IMG/VR virus record: IMGVR_UViG_3300006990_000025
From: an uncultured virus (IMG/VR IMGVR_UViG_3300006990_000025)
Lineage: Duplodnaviria; Heunggongvirae; Uroviricota; Caudoviricetes
Reading direction: 5' to 3' (one strand)
Length of the DNA stretch: 20,000 bases
Shown here piece by piece: positions 13,746-20,000 of the stretch; positions within the stretch are counted from its first letter, which is position 1; every line of letters starts with the position of its first letter. Position numbers and translations under genes: made by a program. The notes under the pieces were generated by a model that searched no databases, was not told the origin of the DNA, and was given only the letters and a program-made list of their open reading frames with translations.

Positions 13746-16031
13746 TCACGCTCGTAGTGCTTTCTTCAAACATGCCTTTAGTGGCATTAGAATGTCTTGG
13801 GCTAAGTTAGCAGTATTAGAAACACTTGCATGGCCGTGATTGCCATAGTATCGGCTTGTGTTCATACCTGCAATACCAACAGAGAAAATGATTACATCTT
13901 CATCTTCCGCTTCTTTACATACACTAACTAAGTGAGAGCGTGAAGTGTGGTTTGGTGGAGATGGACCGGCAGGAGAGCCGTCACTGATGATAAAGACGAT
14001 TCTCTTAGCACCTTCGTTACCAAAGGTAGCAGTTCTGTCAATAGCCCACCTTAGAGCGAATCCATCAGCATTTTCACGGCCTACATGTGACCTTGCTATG
14101 CGGCTTTTGGTTTTGGTATTCAAAGACTCATCGAAACGCTTTCTTGTAGTAATTCTTGTTTCGCCGTTAGGGGCTTGTGTCTTAGAACCTCTTCCATATT
14201 GTGAGTAAAAGTCCACTACCTCATAGGTTGCACCAATGTTTTCAAGCACGGATGAAATAGTAACTGCCGCTTCCGCCGCACAGTCAGCACGGTTTTTGTA
14301 ACCACCACTCCTATCACCCGATACAGAGCAACCCATAGAGCCGCTTGCATCAATCAAGACAACTACATTAGCCTTGAATTCTGGTGTAATTTTGTCAGTC
14401 TTGAATACTTTGTCACTTGAAGAATGCGCCCAAAGTCTGCGAGTATCTAGTTTACCTCTCTTCCTGTGGGAGTTAAACTTGGTATCAGCACCCTTGACTA
14501 AGTTCTTCATGACCTTGCCAATTCGGTTTATTCCGCCTCGGTTGGTTCTTTCAACAACTGCATAATCTGCTTTGCTACCGACTGCATGTTCAAACTCACT
14601 TGCACTTTGAATAACTACATCGTGACCAAAGAAGCGACCTCCACCATCTGCTGAATCATCCTCAAACATATCGCCGTTCTCTTCAATGTATTCAACCTCG
14701 TAGTCAAGCATTTCGCCCATACCGTCAAGAAGTTCGCTCATTTCACTTAGCATTTCAACATCAGCCGTACCTTCGCCAGTTTTAGCCAAAGCATTACCTA
14801 CACCGTGACCGGAGTTTTCATCAACTTTACTAGGCTCTGTAATGACTTCACCTTCAACATTGGAAGCGATTTTGTCATCACCTTGACCAACGCCGGTATT
14901 TTCACCTTCGCCATAGACTTCATCACCTTGACCGTCAGGATTGGAAGAGTTGCCAGTTTGACTACCGGACTCGCCGTTATCGCCTTCTCCTTCGCTTCCT
15001 TCGCTTCCTTCGCCTTCTTCGCCACCTTGACTACCGGACTCGCCGCCTTCGCCGTCAGCACCCTCTAAAGCATCATTAAGAGCATTTACTTGCTCATCAT
15101 CGGAGTCGGACATATCTCGACCCTCTGTTGGGCGTTCCATTTTGTTAAATCTCTTGGTTCTAACTTTCTCTGCTTCTTTCTTCATTTTCTTTTGGTTGTT
15201 GGCCGCTTGAGTAATTTGTTGCATTGACATATCATCAGCAAACAAAGCCTCGCCTTCCGGTGAATCGGAAGCACCATACTCACTACCGTTTGTTTCGTCA
15301 GCAGGGAAATGGGTTCTGTATATCTCCAAGATAACTTTTGACTTCTTAATTACTGTTGAAGTGTCCTGTGAAGCAATAGCATCAGTGAATAAATGTCTAA
15401 CATCATCCATCATAGCAATTACTTTTGGATGATTGACGAAGTGTGGAGTTGCCAAGATAACCTCTGTGGCAATAGCAATAACACCAAGTTTAGGGGCTTC
15501 ATTGTCATTAATAGTTCTTCCTTTCAGGGTTGATTCATGTTGAGCCATAAGTCTGTTTTGGGTGTAGTCTAAACGCTTTTTAGAACCTGCAAAATCTTGA
15601 CCTAGTAAATAATTAACTCTTGCATCTTCAACAATGTTTACCATGTCATGAAGTAGTCTATCTTCGTCGCCTCTTTTAATTCCGTCAGCAATTCTCTTCC
15701 ATGCGTTAAAGTTGGTATATCTCAAGTGACCTGCCGCTTCATGGGCTAAGATAGCCTCGCTAATAACAAGGTTCTCTGCACCACTTGTAACATCGGGCAG
15801 TATAGGATAGGACAACCAAACAGTGCTACCATCAGTTGCACATGGGTTGCCAGCGTTAATATCGAGTTTCTTAATGCTACGACCTTTGCCGTTTAGTTCA
15901 CCGGATAGAACTTTAGCAATACGGCTTAGGTGTATTGCGACTCTTCGGCGGCTTGCTTCATTAAATACATTCATATCCGCTTTTCTTTCAGTTGCGAACA
16001 TTGGGTTTTCGGGGGTTTGGTTCTCTGCCAT
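13746..16031 (-). CDS. VWA (MIDAS) domain protein with an N-terminal metallopeptidase-like domain (CobT/NorD-like MoxR partner)
   Basis: ATDG, LAHEAAGH and NIVEDARVN in the N-domain, an acidic Gly/Glu linker, GKLDTRRL, and MIDAS VLIDASGSM...IISDGSP. Start moved to ATG 16031, 23 nt from the TATA box. Confidence 0.88.
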   Translation of the reverse strand: MAENQTPENPMFATERKADMNVFNEASRRRVAIHLSRIAKVLSGELNGKGRSIKKLDINAGNPCATDGSTVWLSYPILPDVTSGAENLVISEAILAHEAAGHLRYTNFNAWKRIADGIKRGDEDRLLHDMVNIVEDARVNYLLGQDFAGSKKRLDYTQNRLMAQHESTLKGRTINDNEAPKLGVIAIATEVILATPHFVNHPKVIAMMDDVRHLFTDAIASQDTSTVIKKSKVILEIYRTHFPADETNGSEYGASDSPEGEALFADDMSMQQITQAANNQKKMKKEAEKVRTKRFNKMERPTEGRDMSDSDDEQVNALNDALEGADGEGGESGSQGGEEGEGSEGSEGEGDNGESGSQTGNSSNPDGQGDEVYGEGENTGVGQGDDKIASNVEGEVITEPSKVDENSGHGVGNALAKTGEGTADVEMLSEMSELLDGMGEMLDYEVEYIEENGDMFEDDSADGGGRFFGHDVVIQSASEFEHAVGSKADYAVVERTNRGGINRIGKVMKNLVKGADTKFNSHRKRGKLDTRRLWAHSSSDKVFKTDKITPEFKANVVVLIDASGSMGCSVSGDRSGGYKNRADCAAEAAVTISSVLENIGATYEVVDFYSQYGRGSKTQAPNGETRITTRKRFDESLNTKTKSRIARSHVGRENADGFALRWAIDRTATFGNEGAKRIVFIISDGSPAGPSPPNHTSRSHLVSVCKEAEDEDVIIFSVGIAGMNTSRYYGNHGHASVSNTANLAQDILMPLKACLKKALRA
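14958..15045. repeat. 19-bp exact direct repeat plus short 9-bp units in the VWA linker
   Basis: ttgactaccggactcgccg at 14958-14976 and 15027-15045 (GESGSQ twice), with ccttcgctt units between. Confidence 0.8.
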
Positions 16032-16036
16032 GATTA

Positions 16037-16067
16037 GTCCTAAGCATAACACCTATATAAGCAGTTC
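16037..16067 (-). promoter_or_regulatory. Class I promoter (TTATATA-GGTG-N7-TAGGAC)
   Basis: + strand gtccta(16037-16042)-N11-tatataa(16054-16060). Confidence 0.8.
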
Positions 16068-16080
16068 GCCCTATTGAAAA

Positions 16081-16902
16081 TCATAAGCGTTTATTTGACC
16101 CTTTGAGTTTTCGTCTGGTGAAGGGTGGCTTGTATGTTGTATCAGTCCTTAGTTGCTCTAATAGAGTTCTTGATACCTTAGTTAAATCATCAATCTCCCA
16201 ACCCATAGAATACAATCTAAGTGCCTCTAAGCATTTTGTTGGATTTGCTTTATTGTGAATCGCCATTTGAATAATAGAAAGTGGATGACATGAAGAATAA
16301 TCATATCCTTGTTTCAAAATAATAGCAGGTTGCTTTGCATCTGGAACTGTTTGTCTAATCCTATTGGGTTCAATACCATACTTCAAACAAAAGGTTGCCA
16401 TTCTCCACGACTCCGCCTTATCGCTAATTTTTTCAATTAGCGAATCGGCTACATTGAGTCCAAGATGGCGGTTCAATTCCGTAAGACCTGCAATCAAAAA
16501 TCTCTTGGCGGGTTTGGGTATCTCAACAACCATACATTTCTGTCTAAGTTTGTAAGGTATGGATTCAAGGAACTCGCACTCTAAAATGTAGGGCGGTGGA
16601 TTATCGGTTTTAAGAATCGCATTGTATTGTGACGCTTTTAGATAATCAGCACCCTCTATCAAAGCAAGCCTGTAATTCCCATCAAAAGACGGGTGGCGAG
16701 CATCCGACAATAATTTAGTGGGATTGTCATTTGATTCAACCTCTATACTGTATTTGTTAGCCAAGAATCTGATAATTGATGTTTTACCTACGCCAGTGTT
16801 ACCATACACAATCAAAGGCTTAGAAGGCGTGTTAAACCATGCTTCTAAGGGTGTCAATACAGACTTAATTATGTGTCGAGTTGGATTCAGCATAAATATC
16901 AT
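16081..16902 (-). CDS. Replication factor C (clamp loader)-like AAA+ protein with degenerate motifs
   Basis: Walker A GNTGVGKT, LIEGADYL at the Walker B position, and P.ILEC...I...LRQKC corresponding to the RFC SRC motif. Confidence 0.7.
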   Translation of the reverse strand: MIFMLNPTRHIIKSVLTPLEAWFNTPSKPLIVYGNTGVGKTSIIRFLANKYSIEVESNDNPTKLLSDARHPSFDGNYRLALIEGADYLKASQYNAILKTDNPPPYILECEFLESIPYKLRQKCMVVEIPKPAKRFLIAGLTELNRHLGLNVADSLIEKISDKAESWRMATFCLKYGIEPNRIRQTVPDAKQPAIILKQGYDYSSCHPLSIIQMAIHNKANPTKCLEALRLYSMGWEIDDLTKVSRTLLEQLRTDTTYKPPFTRRKLKGSNKRL

Positions 16903-17026
16903 TCAGTTTCTTTTGAGCATAGTCTTTGTATTGCTTGTTAGGGTCAAGTGCTTTTCTTATGTTCACTATCAAATCTTCTAATGCTTCTATTCTCGCTTCC
17001 AAATGGTTTATCCTTTCATCAGTCAT
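16865..17026 (-). CDS. Small coiled-coil protein (53 aa)
   Basis: MTDERINHLEARIEALEDLIVNI... The ATG is 23 nt from the TAATATAGGTG box (17049-17055), and the track's GTG 17047 lies inside that promoter. Confidence 0.65.
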   Translation of the reverse strand: MTDERINHLEARIEALEDLIVNIRKALDPNKQYKDYAQKKLNDIYAESNSTHN

Positions 17027-17066
17027 ATTGCTTAGGTTATTATCCACCTATATTAAAGGGAATAGT

Positions 17067-17106
17067 GAGAGGGGGAGTAAGGAAGACCCGTTACTCTCCC
17101 CCTCTC
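17067..17106 (-). terminator. Strong stem-loop after the AAA+ ATPase gene
   Basis: gagagggggagtaa-N10-ttactctccccctctc: 14-bp stem with a 2-nt bulge, immediately before the next promoter. Confidence 0.7.
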
Positions 17107-17134
17107 GTTTTAACCCAAAGTTAGCAACGGGAGT

Positions 17135-18361
17135 TCAATAATCAGCCAGTCTTGCTCTGCAAGCCGCTTCAATGTGTGGTCGCTCATCGGCATTGTATTT
17201 GCCAAGCATAGAGTATTCAATAGCCTCATTCAAGGACAAATGCTTCATCAATCCAAACATTTGAACAAGAGTTCTAGTTGAAGTGTCGGTTTCAAGAAGT
17301 CCTTCTTTCTTCAATTGTCTTAGGTCATTAGCAACAAGTACCATGCCTCTAATTGTTTCTTCATCTTCAAAGCCACTTTGACCCTTGACAACTTCTATTT
17401 CTTTTTCTTCTTTAAGGTAGTCGAATGTCAGGTTCATTGTGAAACGGTCTTTGGTTGCTTGGTTCATAGCATTGACACCGGCATAATCTTCCGGTGGGTT
17501 CATGGTAGCAATAATTTGAAAACCATTCTTAGCCTTGACTACACGGTTGTTATCTTCGCCAATAACCAAAGTGCCTCTATCCATAGCGGCATGTGTAGCA
17601 ATTAGACAAGCCTCTCTTGCCGCATTCAATTCATCAGCCAATAGGCCAATTCCATAATCCATAGCAAGTGTTAGAACTCCATCTTGGAATACTACATTAC
17701 CATCAACAATAGTTCTTGAGCCAATAAATGTGTCCTCTGTAACACCATCGGACATATTGATTTGAAGTAGTGGTGTGTTGATTTGGCCGTAAAAATCTTG
17801 AGCCAACATAGATTTGCCACACCCTTTAGGTCCTTCTAAAATCATGTGAGCATCTTTTGTATTACCCTTCAAACTTTCTTGGTAGCACATAGCCATTAGT
17901 CTAAATTCCTGTCTGTCGGACTCAACAAAGCCTCTTGCAGTAGGTATCATAGTTTGTAAGTGTGCTGAAAATTCATCAGGGTGTCGGCGTGGTATGCCAT
18001 AGAATACTCCGCCTTGAGGCGTAGCCTTTGGTGTTGCAGTCTTTTGTTCTTCAATTACACCTATTTTTGAATGTTGCATCATCATTACTGGTGATGGTTC
18101 AGCACGGCGACCCTCAAGGGTTGCTTTAATTGCTTCAATTTCCCATACTTGCTTATCTTTACCAATGGAAACTCTAACTATACCTGCTTTGTGCATTCTG
18201 TTTGCAGAGAAAGCATTACTCTTTAGTGAAGTTATGCTACTATCTCTTCCTTCCGCTATGCACGCTTCATGTATAGCCTTGAGGTAATCCTCTTCGCTAA
18301 TACTTCCGCCTTCCGTTCTTACTACATCTCTCATTATTTCGATTGTTGTTCTCATCATCAT
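17135..18361 (-). CDS. MoxR-family (CbbQ/NirQ/CobS-like) AAA+ ATPase with an N-terminal extension
   Basis: Walker A GPKGCGKS, Walker B LLADELNAA, VFQDGVLTLAM, IATMNP..YAG, NQATKDRF and STRTL. Confidence 0.92.
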   Translation of the reverse strand: MMMRTTIEIMRDVVRTEGGSISEEDYLKAIHEACIAEGRDSSITSLKSNAFSANRMHKAGIVRVSIGKDKQVWEIEAIKATLEGRRAEPSPVMMMQHSKIGVIEEQKTATPKATPQGGVFYGIPRRHPDEFSAHLQTMIPTARGFVESDRQEFRLMAMCYQESLKGNTKDAHMILEGPKGCGKSMLAQDFYGQINTPLLQINMSDGVTEDTFIGSRTIVDGNVVFQDGVLTLAMDYGIGLLADELNAAREACLIATHAAMDRGTLVIGEDNNRVVKAKNGFQIIATMNPPEDYAGVNAMNQATKDRFTMNLTFDYLKEEKEIEVVKGQSGFEDEETIRGMVLVANDLRQLKKEGLLETDTSTRTLVQMFGLMKHLSLNEAIEYSMLGKYNADERPHIEAACRARLADY

Positions 18362-18388
18362 TCCTTCCTTTATTTCTTGGGTTATTTT

Positions 18389-18420
18389 GTCCTATGTACC
18401 ACACCTATATAACAGTTGTC
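18389..18420 (-). promoter_or_regulatory. Class I promoter (ACAACTG-TTATATA-GGTG-N7-TAGGAC)
   Basis: + strand gtccta(18389-18394)-N11-tatataa(18406-18412)cagttgt. Confidence 0.8.
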
Positions 18421-18489
18421 ATAATGTTTTGTTTCATGTGTTAGTTCTGTACTCCTGTTCCGGTGCGGTATAGACAATGGTAGGTAGCC

Positions 18490-18507
18490 CACCTATATAA
18501 CAATTTC
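18490..18507 (-). promoter_or_regulatory. Second, tandem class I-type promoter (AAATTG-TTATATA-GGTG), lacking TAGGAC
   Basis: + strand cacctatataacaatttc, 88 nt upstream of the 18406 box. Confidence 0.7.
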
Positions 18508-18508
18508 T

Positions 18509-18952
18509 CTATACTAAGTCGGGTGGAAGTAAGCCTTTCACTATCAAATATGTTTTCAGTAAGCGGGTTTGCCATTCTTCACGGGCAAATTTTCTTTCTT
18601 GATTTTTCTTAGACCGTTGAGCATTCCAAATCTTATTTTTGTCATCTGTCGTATAATCCTGACACTTAGAAAGCCATACAACAACCATAGAGGTTATTGC
18701 ATACGATAGGTCTTTGGTGTTAGTTTCAATAGCATGTATAGTTTCTTCAACCGTATCTCTAATACACATCAAACCGATTTGTTCAACAATATGTTCGCAT
18801 GAATCTTTGAGTATTCTTTTTTCAGCCTTCAATACATCAGCCCATCTTGGACTAGGGAGTATTTTAGTTACCTCTTTTATCATTTCATGAGTAAACTGGC
18901 AATCATCCCTAAGTGTTCTGTATATTCGTCTTTCTTTATTCATTCCCGTCAT
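18509..18952 (-). CDS. Hypothetical helical protein (147 aa)
   Basis: ATGA overlap with the polymerase stop. Confidence 0.75.
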   Translation of the reverse strand: MTGMNKERRIYRTLRDDCQFTHEMIKEVTKILPSPRWADVLKAEKRILKDSCEHIVEQIGLMCIRDTVEETIHAIETNTKDLSYAITSMVVVWLSKCQDYTTDDKNKIWNAQRSKKNQERKFAREEWQTRLLKTYLIVKGLLPPDLV

Positions 18953-20000
18953 TCAAACCATTCTCCCATAGATGATACCCCAACACCGGACATGCACCGT
19001 TGCCAATTAGTACCTAATGCACCAAGTATCGCTAAGAATGAGTTGCTATTGGCAAACATAGTCTGTATTGACATATCCCTGTCAATAACCACATCGTAGT
19101 CATCTGGTGAGTCGCCCCATTCAATTGCTATCCTTCTATTGCTTGGTAATGGTTTTTTACTGGATTTAGCGAAGTAAATACATGGTTTATCTCCCAAATC
19201 AAACTCCGTATCAAGGTTTTCATTACTCCACATAGCCGCATTGTAGGCAAATGTACCCTTTTTCTTGATTCCGTATGGTTGTCCGAAGGACATAGAGGGG
19301 GTAATATCGGGGTTTTTCATGTCTTGAATCTGTTTTCTTAGCAATTTGCCTATCTCTGTCCTATCTGCACCGTCTAAAATAGCACTAAACATCTCTTGTT
19401 GAACCGTTTTTACCACTTGTGGAGTCGAAGAACGGCGCATTTCAACGCCTCTAAAGCCGTGTTTATTGTTATAATCAAGGTATGCGTACCTCTTTTTGAC
19501 TCCCCATTGGAAGTATCTCTTGTAATATGCGTCAGGTTTTATGCTGAAAAACTCATTTTTCTCCACATTTAGGCATTCTTTTACAAAATCATCGAAAGAA
19601 TCATTCAATTCACTACACAATATCTCTGCCATATCCATAATATCTCGCTCTGTAAACGGTCTAATCTTGTTTTCTATCTCATCGTGGTTGGTAATTGCCA
19701 CCTTGCATGAGTCCGTGTCCTGATATAGCGTGCTGAACCGGACTTCCATACCCTCATGAGATGGGGGTATATAGTCTTTGTGTGTATATACTCCTTCTTT
19801 ACAGAACCATAGCGTTCTTTTGTTGATATAATGCTTGTTCCAGTCGTTATGCCTACGGGCAGTATCGGTAATATCCGAGCCAATTTCAGGGTCAGCCAGT
19901 CTAAATGGTCTGTTTTTTGTCTTTTCAGTTCGCCCCGAACCCAACACACCGTACCAAGAGTTCATATTTTCTTTCATAACCCTCTGTTGCCTATCTAAAA
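18949..20000 (-). CDS. polB: Family B DNA polymerase, C-terminal part (5' truncated by the window)
   Basis: The frame stays open to the edge (LDRQQRVMKENMNSWYG = motif B). YQDTDS = motif C, followed by KKRYA and RGVEMRRS. Confidence 0.93.
   Translation of the reverse strand, partial: LDRQQRVMKENMNSWYGVLGSGRTEKTKNRPFRLADPEIGSDITDTARRHNDWNKHYINKRTLWFCKEGVYTHKDYIPPSHEGMEVRFSTLYQDTDSCKVAITNHDEIENKIRPFTERDIMDMAEILCSELNDSFDDFVKECLNVEKNEFFSIKPDAYYKRYFQWGVKKRYAYLDYNNKHGFRGVEMRRSSTPQVVKTVQQEMFSAILDGADRTEIGKLLRKQIQDMKNPDITPSMSFGQPYGIKKKGTFAYNAAMWSNENLDTEFDLGDKPCIYFAKSSKKPLPSNRRIAIEWGDSPDDYDVVIDRDMSIQTMFANSNSFLAILGALGTNWQRCMSGVGVSSMGEWFE

Noticed and set aside
14798..15061. 87-aa Lys/Ala-rich minus-strand ORF inside the VWA gene
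   Set aside because: Alternative-frame reading of the low-complexity Gly/Glu linker.
6443..17047. GTG starts at 6463, 16052 and 17047
   Set aside because: Each GTG is the GGTG of the promoter motif. An in-frame ATG lies exactly 21 nt downstream in all three cases.
13746..18361. Cobalamin biosynthesis (cobS/cobT) as an auxiliary metabolic function
   Set aside because: No CobN or other cob genes in the window, and the motifs support only a generic MoxR/VWA pair.
18420..18480. Possible tRNA in the intergenic gap
   Set aside because: No cloverleaf or T-loop consensus, and the gap is too short.
694..19723. All other + strand ORFs in the track
   Set aside because: They lie antisense to well-supported minus-strand genes, show no motifs, and have no + strand promoters.
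19674..19949. 91-aa minus-strand ORF inside polB
   Set aside because: Off-frame overlap with conserved polymerase motifs and no independent signals.
10042..20000. Inteins in terL, the ATPases or the visible part of polB
   Set aside because: Lengths are normal, with no intein terminal or LAGLIDADG motifs.

Overview
This AT-rich window is a segment of a tailed (HK97-lineage, Caudoviricetes) virus genome with every credible gene on the minus strand. Archaeal TATA promoters sit about 23-25 nt upstream of leaderless ATGs, and the window encodes a family B polymerase, an RFC-like ATPase and a MoxR AAA+/VWA pair. This points to an archaeal host; a marine Poseidoniales (MGII) 'magrovirus'-type virus is the best guess, by inference only. 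In transcription order (right to left) it carries: PolB C-terminal part, hypothetical, MoxR/CbbQ-like AAA+ ATPase, small coiled-coil ORF, degenerate RFC-like ATPase, peptidase-motif/VWA protein, Zn-ribbon and wHTH ORFs, large terminase, two membrane proteins, a 772-aa portal with a ~330-aa multi-domain C-terminal extension, HK97 gp10-like protein, three inserted non-structural ORFs, prohead protease-scaffold, major capsid protein, head-tail adaptor, putative tail terminator, small DUF4214-like protein, HNH nuclease and small Zn-finger ORFs. The main observations are: (1) a conserved bipartite promoter TTATATA-N11-TAGGAC in front of non-structural genes, distinct from the promoters of structural genes; (2) a promoter inside the protease gene, nearly identical to the capsid-gene promoter, that would make a separate scaffold; (3) accessory domains fused to the portal; (4) several small genes missed by the ORF track.
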